A DNA stretch of 64,000 nucleotides from Ruditapes philippinarum (Eukaryota), in NCBI RefSeq assembly GCF_026571515.1, contig NW_026861494.1, positions 248,001 through 312,000 of the forward strand, in the 5' to 3' direction. This document shows positions 11,249 through 23,906 of the stretch, piece after piece. The notes under the pieces are model-generated. The model was not told where the DNA came from. It searched no databases and was given only the letters and a program-made list of their open reading frames with translations. A program made the translations under genes and the position numbers. How positions within the stretch are numbered: the stretch's first letter is position 1; each line of letters starts with the position of its first letter.

Positions 11249-14200
11249 ATGCTTGCATTTGCAATATTTGCTGTAACATTTGTTGTTTCTTTGATTTGCA
11301 TTGTCATTTATTTATATCCGGTAAGAACTGTACATTTATATTTTTGTAACGGGTTTTCGCGATTCAGTTTATTTCTATCTATCTATTTCCGTAAAAAATA
11401 TTAATTTTAATAATGTTCAGCGCAGGTATATTTATTAAATGCATCGTTTTAGATTTATTTGAATCACAATAGAAAAAAACTTAATCCCTAAATATAGCTA
11501 ACGCCACAGGCGGCAGTATCAGGGTTGTAGTAGGGGTCCAGGGGCAGATAGGGGTGGGGTGTCCAAACACTGATACTGCCGCCTGTGGCTAACGCAACTT
11601 CAGCGAACAAGATTTATAGTACTGCTAGACCTGTTCGCTGAAGCCATCCCGTATAGAAAGTCAACCAGAACCATGACATATTTATGTCATGCTGTAATTC
11701 AATAAATTTGCTTGATCTGGACACAGGCTATTTTAACAAACTGCTGAAAATTCCTAATCGGGCATATGACATAAAAAATCATATTTCTAGAAAAACAATA
11801 AAGATATTTCTTTTAAACTTTGTCTGTTTATTGAGCGTAATATTTGACATAAACACAAAGAAAAATATTTGGTAACTGTCACTTTTGTGAGAATAATTTC
11901 CCCTTTTTCATGTTTATATGTTAAACCAAACTAAAGCCCAATAATCATAATGAACTGTTCAATGGTGATTCTATTCACCCTTATACAGTAAAGTCTTCTG
12001 AAATTATAAAAACAAGAAAGTTGATAGACTTACTTAGAATAAGCACTTAAGACTTCTGATGAAAATATTTCTGTAATGTTAAAAGTCTTCATCATCTATA
12101 TTGAATGTACAACTAGGAAAACATGGTGCAACAAATATGCTGATTGCTAAAAACCTTAATGCTCTAAAAATTGCTTGCTTATTACAACTGATTAACAGCC
12201 TCCAGATGTATTGTTTTGCAATATTGACCTGTGACATTTGAATATTTGATGACATTTTGTCAGTAATTATCAGATTCGAAAGTAAATCATACAGGTTTTA
12301 AAGATATTTATGAAATGATTTGAGGTCATGACCTCTAGCAAGAGGAGCATTAATTGGAAAAAAAGAACTGTAACTGTATTTCAAAGTTTAATACAGCTAT
12401 GCAATACAGTAAATATCTAAATGTTTGTCAAGTATGAATACTTCTACACTGTAATTTGGAATCAATTATTGTACTATGGTCTTTGTATCAGAACATTAGA
12501 CACATCTGCACATTGTCTTTCATTTGACAGGCTGAAATAAGACCTTGACCACCAAATTACTAGACTCAACTTAATTATGGCAAAGTTCAATTGTATGGAA
12601 GCAAACAAAAAATCTTCTGTTCCTACATTACTATTAGTGTTGTACTAATGTGGTGGTATAACATTTTCACAAATGCAATCTTGCTTTTATTATGCCACCG
12701 CAGCATCTGCGATGCGGTGGCATATAGCGATTCACCTGTGTGTGTGTGTGTTTGTTTGTTTGTGTGTTATATAGATTATATAGTGAACTTAAAAAATCTT
12801 CTTGTGAAAAACCACTAGTCCAATTTCAACCAAACTTGGCAGGATTGATCCTTGGGTGAAGGCCTTCCAAAGTTGTTCAAAGAATTTCATTCCATGCAGA
12901 ATTCTGGTTGCCATGGCAAACAAAAGGAATTATAAGAATAAATTTAAATATCTTCTTGTAAAGACCCAAAAGGCCTAGAGCTTAGATATTTTGCATAAGG
13001 CATTGTCTGGTAGACCTCTACCAAGATTGTTCAAATTATAGCCCTGGGGTCCAAATCGGCCCCGCCCGGGGGGGGGGGGTCATTGATTTTCACTATGTAC
13101 ATATAGTAAAAACTTAAAATACCTTCTTGTCTGAAGGTACCAGGCTTAGAGGTTTGATATTTGGTATGTGTTATTGTCAATAGGTACTCTACCAAAGTTG
13201 TTCAAATTTTGCCTCTAGTGTCAAAATGAGCCCCACCCCTGGGGTCATAGGTTTTTCATATATGTATATAGTAAAAACTTCAAAAAATCATCTTCTCTAA
13301 ATACACAAAGGCCAAAGGTTAGATATTTTGCATGAAACATTGTGTAGTCAACGTTTAGCAAGATTGTACAAGTTATAGCCCTGGGGTCAAAATTGGCCCC
13401 GTCCTGGGGAGTCATTGATTTTCAATATGTACATATAGTAAAAAAATAAAAAAAAATCGTATTGTCTGAAGGTACAAGGCTTAGAGGTTTGATATTTGGT
13501 ATGTGTTATTATCTATAGGTACTCTACCAAAGTTGTTCACATTTTGCCTCTAGTGTCAAAAAGAGCCTTGCCCCGGGGGTCATAGGTTTTCCTCATATGT
13601 ATATAGTAAAAACTTAAAAAATCATCTTCTCTAAATTGACAAAGGCTAGAGGTTAGATATTTTGCATGAAACACTGTGTAGTGAACCTCTAGCAAGATTG
13701 TACAAATTATAGCCCTGGGGTCAAAATTGGACCCGCCCGGGGGTCATTGATTTTCACTATGTACATATAGTAAAAACTTAAAATACCTTCTTGTCTGAAG
13801 GTACCAGGCTTAGAGGTTTGATATTTGGTATGTGTTATTATCAATAGGTACTCTACCAAAGTTGTTCAAATTTTGCCTCTAGTGTCAAAATGAGCCCCAC
13901 CCTTGGGGTCATAGGTTTTTCATATATGTATAAAATAAAAACTTAAAAAATCATCTTCTCTAAATTGACAAAGGCTAGAGGTTAGATATTTTGCATGAAA
14001 CATTGTGTAGTGAACCTCTAGCAAGATTGAACAAATTATAGCCCTGGGGTCAAAATTGGCCCCACCCCCGGGGGTCATTGATTGTCACTATGTACATATA
14101 GTAAAAAATTAAAAAATCTTATTGTCTGAAGGTACAAGGCTTAGAGCTTTGATATTTGGTATATGATATCATCTATAGGTACTCTACCAAAGTTGTTCAA

Positions 14201-17200
14201 ATTTTGCCTCTAGTGTCAAAACTAGCCCTGCCCCGGGGTCATAGGTTCTCCTTACATGTATATAGTAAAAACTTTAAAAAATCATCTTCTTGAATTGTCA
14301 AAGGCTAGAGGTGAGACATTTTGCAGTAAACATTGTGTAGTAAACCTTTAGCAAGATTATTCAAATTAAAGCCCTGGGGTCAAAATTGGCCCCGCCCCTG
14401 GGGATCATTGATTTTCAGTCACTATGTCATAAAGTAAAAAATTAAAAATCTTATTGTCTGAAGGTACTAATCTTATAATAACAGATAGGTAAGTGATCTA
14501 TGCATTATGGCAATCTGTATAGAAACAAAAAAATGTGTTCCTACATTACTATTTAGTGTTGTATTTATGCGGTGGCATGGCATTTTTTACAAATGCAATC
14601 TTGTTATAATTATATTGCCAAACTTGACTACTAATTGGCGCATGCTTTATCATCATAAGTACTATATGACATCAACTTGCTTATTTTTGTCATGTTTATA
14701 AATAACCTCATCAATTGTACATCATTGATTGACTTTAAGAATGTTTACCACAAAATTATTGCTTCACAAGCATGTATATTTTCTGTATTTCTCCATTACA
14801 GAGTTCAAAGAATCCCTCAACAATACCAGGTCTGGATCCAGTTTCTAAAGAGTAAGTGCAATATGTCAGATTATTCTAAGGTGTAGCAGCATATATATTA
14901 TAATTATGTTCTATATATAGAGAGAGATATTTGAGTATAAGTAGCAGTAAGGCATGTTTGGTTATTTGATGACTGAAACAGAGGGGAACATTCACTGTAT
15001 GAACCTTGAAGGATTATACTGATAAAGTGATTTAAATAAAAAAGCAATTAAAATAGTGTAGAACAAGTTTTATGTTACAAAAAATATGACCAGGTCATAA
15101 ATATTATAAATATGCAAAAATAATTTGAAGTAGAGTTTATAAAAAATAGTAGGCCATGAAGCATATCAGAAAGGGGAGAGGGCTAAAAAAACCTAAGTGT
15201 CTGTGATTAACACCATAAACAGTACAAGTCCATTATATACATGTACATATATATTTTTCTAGATCATTAGACTAGTATACATAGATATATGTACTACAGT
15301 AAACACTTGATAGATCAAGCTGATCTGATATATGACACTGAATTTGTTTATCCTCATTATATCAATGTCAAGGTTAGATTTCATAGTCTGAATTTACTCA
15401 TAAACATTTGTATCTGTTTAAAGATATGAAACATAAACTAAAAGCTACCCATTTCTTCTACTATAATAGATAAGTCCTCTAAGTCTTGCAAAAAGTAAAT
15501 TTGTTATGAAGTTAACTATATTTGTTTTAAACTAAGTAATAAAGGAGAGGTTGGAAAACAACACGTATATTTGTTTTAGTTCAATTTTGAAACAAGTTGT
15601 TAAATCTATTTTTTTCGCTGTCATAGTGAGCTGAAATAACTGCTTATTTCAAAATATTGACTTATAATGACGAATGACAATAACTTGCAATCAAAACATG
15701 TTTTGGATGAAATGTAACAATTACCTGAAATATAAAAAGACTGCCCTATACTTTTGTCATTTGAAAGTTACTGATACATTCCAGAGGATATTTATAGAAT
15801 TATCTGTTAGTTACTTGGGCTAGTCAGAATTGATAAAATGAAATTGCATTTATAGGAAAATGTAATGTTAATTTGCTACCTATACACTCACTACTAGTAT
15901 TTACACTTAGAGATGGACATAATGGCACTTCAATAATATATAGGTTCACAGATACTGAAAGGTTTACACATGAATGTTTACTTAAGTTTAAACATAATTT
16001 AAGCTCAATTGTAAAAAAGATCTTGTAGTTTATTTGAACCACTCTCAGTTCTGCCTACTGGAACTAACCATTACTGGTGTCATATAAGGACACAATGATC
16101 CTGACCCCAGTAGGGCTCCAACCCACACTCCCTGGGTTTAGAAGCAACCTTAACCTCTAGGCCACCACTCCTCTTGAATGAATGTTTACAGATTTCTTAA
16201 TAATTTTACACAAAATTGTTATTCCCCTTGAAGGATTTTCTGCAAATTTGGTTCATGTGGATGCTGCACAGAACCTGTGGCATCATGTGCCAACTCAAGG
16301 TCACCCTTGAAGTAATAAGGTCAAAATATCATGTCAGCTTTATAAATCCTGTGTCCCCTTAAGGTCGCAGTCAGCCCAGAATTTCAAAGGTCAACAAGGC
16401 CGAACCTATGCCATGACTGTGTTGACTCAAGGTCAAGGTCCCCCTTAACGCCAAAGGTCAAATATCAGACAATGTTGTTTCCACTCTGTAAATCCTATAC
16501 CCCTTGAAGGATTTATTTTAAACTTGGCTTAAATGTTCATCTCAATCAGGCAATGTGCAGACACTGGGCTGTCTCTAGGCAGGCTCAAGGCCATGGTCTT
16601 ACTTGAAGGTCAAATATCAGACAATTTTGGGTGTGCTCTGTAAATTTTACACCTCTTGAATGATTTTCTTAAAAATTGTCTCAAGTGTTCACCTCAAACA
16701 GGTAATGTGCAGAACACATGCAGCTGCTGTGCAGACTCAAGGTCAAAGTCACCCTTGAAGGTCAAATTTCTGAAAAAAAATTGTTGCTTTACAAATCCTA
16801 TACCAATTGAAGAATTGTGGGAAGATAGATGATAGATGTATAGACTTGAGCACAGACTGTGTCAAATTTTCATTTGTGAATTATATGTGATATGCTGCTT
16901 TGTTTTTAGAGATGGTAACCTAGGTGACATAGCAAAAGCTGGCAGTCTTCATGAATTCTTGATGGATCTTCATAAACAGTTTGGATCTATAGCATCATTC
17001 TGGTGGGGACCAACATATGTTGTTAGCATAGCCAATGCTGACCTCTTCAAACAACATCATAATGTCTTTGATAGACCACGTAAGTTTTTTTAAAAAACAG
17101 AATCGTAATCAAATAGGGACATCATGGCTGGAAGTTTATTTTTAGGGTTTCAGATGTTTAGGTACTTGCCCTGCTCCGCTATGGGGTTCAAACCCTGCCA

Positions 17201-20200
17201 TTGAAGGTTTGCTTCTTTCATGTAAGGAAACTATCCAACTAGCATATAAAAGGTTGGTGGTTCTACTTGAGTGCTCACTTTTGCCTGAAATAATACATGC
17301 AAGATCACCTACGGTCTTTTTCCACAAGTAAAGCAGATTAAATGATTAAAGTATTGTTTGGATAAGGCTTGAAGAAAAATAATCCGATAGTTTTCAGATT
17401 ATTGCTAAAAAACTACCACCTAAAAATTTCTCATTACATTCACAGGTATTTGTATGGAAATGCTAATTTTTCATTGTCATGTTTGTTATTTATTTCAAAA
17501 TTTCAATTTTGTGACATTCATGTTATCTTCACATACATGTATGTAGTATTGTAGAGAACATGCTGATGCTGACAAATATTTACTTGTTTACATTATTAGA
17601 CACTGCAGACTATGATTAAATACGTTTTGGCATTGTTGTGGGAAAACCTGACTTAAGGCTTAATGATGTTATGTTATGCACAGGTGTTCGATGTTAGGCC
17701 ATGACTTACACTATACCCCCATTCCCCCTCAACAACACAAAACCCTGAAACATCATCCAAATATTATAAGTGTTTTCAAAAATCAATTATATGAAAAAAG
17801 AATTTAAAAAAAAATATATAGGTTAATTGCCTTTATTTTCAGTCGAATTATTTGAGATGTTTGAGCCTTTAATTGGAGCAAAATGTATCCAGTACGCAAA
17901 TGGGGAAGATGGCAGAGCACGTCGTAATCTATATGATAAATGTCTGACGCATGGCGCAATAAATAAATACTTCATGACATTTCAAGAGGTGACATATTCT
18001 TGTTTTACGCATTAATAATTTATATACATACTTTATTAAGAATGTTTAAGCAAATTGGTTAGCAGTTGCTTTACCTTCCTATTGAAAATGCTGATTTGGT
18101 TTTCACTTTGATGAAGCTTATTGTTTTTAGTCCCCTACCGGTTTACCGGAGGGGACTTTAGGTTTACCCTCCGTCCGTCTGTCTGTCTGTCTGTCCGTCC
18201 GTCAGTCAGTCCGTCCGTCCGTCCGTCAGTCCGTCCATCCACAAAACTGGATCCCGCAATAACGCAAAAAGTACTGAAAATATTTTAATGAAACTTGATA
18301 TATGGATAGATGGCAGTATGGAGATTATGCACGTCTTTTTCTTTTCTTCCTAGGTTGAAAATTCTGGTTGCTATGGCAACAAATAGACTGAAAATATGAC
18401 AAATTTTACACATAAACTGGATCCCGCGATAACGCAAAAAGTACTGAAAATATTTTTATGAAACTTGATATATGGATAGATGGCAGTATGGAGATTATGC
18501 ACGTCTTTTTCTTTTCTTCCTATGTTGAAAATTCTGGTTGCTATGGCAACAAATAGACTGAAAATATGGCAAATTTTACACATAACCTGGATCCAGTGAT
18601 AACACAAAAAGTACTGAAAATATGTTTATGAAACTTGACATATGGGTAGATGGCAGTATGGAAATTATTCACATCCTTTTCTTATCTTCCTATGTTGAAA
18701 ATTCTGGTTGCTATGGCAACAAATAGACTGAATTTCAAGATTTCTGATTCTAGTTTTTAAGTTTTTTCACTATAAGTTCTTTATTTCTTAAGGTATTTTC
18801 TTCAAACTTTAAATATAAGTTGCTTGTCATCAACCACATCATATGTGACAAGGTTTACAACTCTAGCACAAAATTTATCAGACTTACCTCCCTTGAACTT
18901 GAAATTTTCATGGAAAAAACATTGTTTTTTTTTTAATAACTTCTTTTTCTGAATGTATCTACTTCAAACTTCATATAAATGTTTCTTATTGTCACTCAAC
19001 ATTTGTGAGTGTTCAATACTCTAGCAAGACTATTTCCAGAATTATGCCCCTTTTGAACTTAGACTTTTTTTTGAGAAATTGGTAATTTTTACTCCAACTT
19101 CTTCAATCATGATAGGATTTTAAAAATGTTATATTTTGATAACAGGGATGTTTAAAAAATAACTTTAGAGTGTCTTTCAGTCTGTCTGTACATAAAAACT
19201 ATTTCCTGTGATCACTTTTAAAGAACTTTTTCAACAAATTTACTTTAAATAGGAACCTAAGTGAATGGCCAATGGCCCATAGAATGTTTCTTGGCTCTTA
19301 CCGGTAGGGGACTTATGGATTGCTTGCAATACTATGATAATTGCTTGTTTACACAGGGGATGTGCTATTCATCAGGTTATATTCAGTCAAACTTTTCCAT
19401 TAAATGTTAACAAGCCAGATGGCTACTGATAGTGTTAGACAAATAAATAAAACAACACCTTCTCCTTTATACATTTAAAGGTAATATTTGAAATGCATTT
19501 GTAGGGGGAGATAATCCTGAAAGCCTTTTTTTCCCTTTATTGTTTTCCTTGTTTGACTTGGAGTAATTGCCTTTTTCTCAAAGAGCATTGAAACTATTCA
19601 CTTCAAACTAAATATTCGTACAAGAGCACTTAAGTCTGATAAGCAAGTTTGTAAAGTTATTCCCCCTTCCCTTTCTTTGTTACTTTTATTTTACTATTCA
19701 AGTTTTCATGCTCACTGCTGTCTGTGGAAGGTCTTATAATGATGGCCTTACATAATAAAATTGATGATATTCTCTACTTAATTGTTCTGAATATGTTTGA
19801 ATTTTTCAGTATTTTGAGCTGCGTCATGACAAAACCAACATAATGGGTTTGGGACCAGCATGGATCCAGACCAGCCTGCGCATCCGCGCAGTCTGATCAG
19901 GATCCATGCTGTTCGCTATCAGTTTCTCTACTTGTAATAGAGTTGGTCCATGCTGGTCTCAAACACACTATGTTGGTTTTGTTGTGACGCGGCTCATTTT
20001 GGTTTTAGTCACACTCGTTAAGATATGCCGGATGACATTACAACTTTACCAGCAAATTTTCTGAAGGGATTTGAACCTGCTCTATTGAATGGACAGTATT
20101 TTGAGGTCAAAAATTGTAACCACTTGGCCATGCTGCCCTTTATTGATCCAGTGTTAACCCTTACCACACTAAATGTTTTTTTTAAAATGGACTTTTAGGT

Positions 20201-23200
20201 TTTAAATCTCAACAACAAAACAGTCATAATTTTTGGTAAAAAAAAAATCTGAAGTATTTGCTGTATAGGGCACAGGGCAAACTATGATAGCACCAATGTG
20301 CTACCTAATCGTCACATTGAAAGGTTCAATTGCCACCAGCAGTGAAGTCATGTTTTCTGTTTTTCATAATATCATAATTTCACTTCAGATAGCAGATGAA
20401 ATGGTCAAGAAGTGGGAGACAATGCTGAATGATCAGCATATACCTCTTGTACAATACATGTATGCATTTGCTTTAAAGGCAGTACTAGCATCACTTTACG
20501 GGGAGAAAATGAAAGATGACAAGGCTGTGTTAGAATTCAAGGCTGTTTATGATGCTGTAAGTAACTTTGATATACAATGATATTTGTTCATGAAGACAAG
20601 TTTTAGGAAAGAAGACTTCATGACATATTATGTTCACTATAAGAATCTTACATTTGATCTTAAAATTGCTGCAAGTGCAGCAAACCTGAATATCTGTCTT
20701 AAAGGTAATTTTGAAAGATGGTAATTACATTCTGCTGAGTTTCAGCTCAACCCCACAATGTATACCCAGTTACACAGAAATGTGAAAAAAATGAAGGAAT
20801 TAGCAGAAGTAACACGGAATCAGTGCAATATATTTCCTAAACAATAACATAGGTTAAGGCACTGTACCGTTTTAAGTATATCAAATTAAAAGAAAATTTT
20901 AAGTCCTGAAAATAAGTAGGCTTATAAACATATCAATGGTTTCAACTACAGTGGAGCCTTGCTAATCCGAACCCTTCTAATCCGGAATCCTTTCTTATCG
21001 GAACGAAGTGTCCGGTCCCGATTTTATTCGTTGTATTTTCAATAGTAAAAAACCTTTTGGATCTGGAACCTGTCTACTCCGAATTCCGGACGTTTTTTTT
21101 CAATTTTTGTTCTTATTTTACTCTAAAGTTTACCTCGGATCCAAACAAATTTTGCCAAATGTCACACCTTCATTCACAATAACAAATAATCGCACATCTT
21201 GCACCAAATTGATGTGTTATTTCACTTGATTAATGGGTGAAACGTATCATCTGCGAAGGTGTGAAAATTACACTTAGCAAGCCTTCATATCTTCTATAAT
21301 TGCTTAATTGATTGTTTTTCGTCAGCTTCAATAAATATTTTGATATAATGCAATAAAAATATCTTTTAATCCTTTGTAATGGATTCAATGATACGTGGTT
21401 AGCAATGAAAATTAATAGAAACTGTCAGTGAATTTGGATAGTCGCTAAATCAGATAAGAGTAAACAACAATTGACAAATGCTGGTACGAATATTTGATTA
21501 TGTCTCCGCCTCCTGTTTTACATCGTTGGTTAACTTACCCTTGAGGACATAATATTTTTTTGATTATTTATTTATTTATTTTCTTTTCTTTATTTTTGTA
21601 TTAACATGTATTAGAATGAACGATAAGAGACTGCAAAAGTAGAATATCTAAATTGCAATTTCAAATGCATTAATTCCCTTTTTCTTTCCCTAAATTATTT
21701 TGCAAATACATGTAACATGAAAAAATACATGTTAAAGAACCTTTTAATTCGGAAACCTTTCTAATCCGGAAACCTTTCTAATCCGAACTTTTCTTCTGGT
21801 CCGGACGAGTTCGGATAAGACAGGTTCCACTGTACTACAAAGTTGCTTATTCTATATTGATGTCATTTTAAGAGGAAAAAAGATTTCTCAGTGATTTGGA
21901 TTGGCTATGCTCAAAGGGAAAAAAAAGAAACTTTCTTTTTCATAAAGCGGTGTCTCAAAACAGTGATTCATACATTTTATAATTTTATTATTTCTTCTAA
22001 GCCCTCTGCCGTTTAAAAGCACCCTGTTGATGTTGTGTAAGACCAAAGGACACTTAGAATGGCAGAAATTTAGTAGTTTAAAATATGAATAATGACCTTG
22101 ATGAAATCTTCTTACACAATGAGTTTGACCCATATTTGAGGGTGGGTTTTAACTAAGGTCACATTGTCAAAACTATGTTACAATGTCAAAAGTAGGTTGC
22201 AATGCCAAACTATGTCACAATGTCCAAAACTTATTGTCAAATTATCCATCCAAAAACTGAAGAAGAAAAAAACAGCTTTCATAGCTTTCATAACTTTAAG
22301 TTACCCTATCTTTGCTTTATGTTAAAATTAATAGTTTATGCATAAACTGTGTGAAAAATGTGGTAATGAAAAGATAGTTCCGCTAATATGTTTATATTTG
22401 CTCAGATTTGGGCTGAATTAGAACACAGATTGACAGAGCCTCCAAATGAAACAAGGAAAAAAATCATTTCTGATGGTAAGTTTACAATGTACTGTATGTG
22501 TAGAAATATTCGCGGGCTTCAAATTTTCGCGATCTTCTCGGTGACATTCGATCCGCGAATTCATGTTCAGCGCGAATATTTCTACACCAATAATTTCTTA
22601 ATAGTCATATTTTCGCGCATCTATAGAACAATGTATATCAGTGTGTTCACTGTTGCCATAAGTTTGGTATCCTTGGCGCTTTTAAAGAGGGATTTTACTG
22701 TTGTATAAACTGTACATGTAACATTCAGCTCTATATATAAATGAGTTTGCTAGTGTATTACTGTTTCACTGATATGATTATCGGATTCTTGTATAAGTAT
22801 ATACATGTTTGAACGATACCACTGCATCACGCTTTTTATTTTATAGTCTGAGTCATAAACGTCTTGGCATCTGATCAGATTATGTTTTGTTTTTTCTAAA
22901 CAAACAACACAAACATTAACAATTTTATTTTAACTGATGAAAACATGGAAAACAAAGCACAATTACTCAGTCAACATTTTAACAAATTCGGTGAAAAGAT
23001 TTCCTTTCTTAACCTGATGGGTGTACGGGAATTTATGATTTTCGACAGTCACCTCCGCGAATTCAAAATAGCGCGAATATTTGTATATACCCCCAAAATA
23101 GACCTTTCCGCGAAAATTTGCTTCCGCGAATTTAAATACACATACAGTATATTATTTTCATTACTTGTCTATCAAGGGATTCCTACTTTTAGATAATCGT

Positions 23201-23857
23201 TTATATTATATGAAAAAAAATGCATAAAAATAGTTGTTTCCTATAAGATTTCTTTAAAAAGTATATTTTCCAGTATCTTCCCATGTCATCAGTGCAGACC
23301 AAGATCATCCAGCATATCTGTGCAGTCAAATCATGGTCTACATTGTTAAACCATTAAAAATCTGACATTATTTTTTTCAATTTTAAATTTTTCTTTAAAA
23401 GATCATGAACAGTTATATCCTGAACAAAAAATGAACAAGTCAATTCAAGATATTTAGCATAGAAAGGCTTTGAGGGTATGTTTAATGTTTATTATATAGA
23501 CTGTTGTCAGGGTTACAGTTTTTCATATAAGGAAGTAGTAAACAGTATGGGGCCAAAGGCTATAATGATTTTTTACTAAGCTTAAACTCAGATCTCAGGT
23601 ATTTGATTGGTCAGAAACTGGCACAGTATGAAATTTGACCAATGAAAATCCTGAGATTTGAGTCAGAACTCAGGAAAGTGTTGTTACTCTTCTTTCACAC
23701 TGGAAAATGTGTGTATGTGTATGTTTGTTTGTTTGTTTCATTTTACGCCTTTTCCCAATGTAGGCGGGTAGTTTCCTAACCATCGTTCCTGGAGAGTTAC
23801 ACCAGTACATGTATGTGTACATGTATATAATATATGAATAAGCATAATGATAGAACA

Positions 23858-23906
<49 letters not shown>

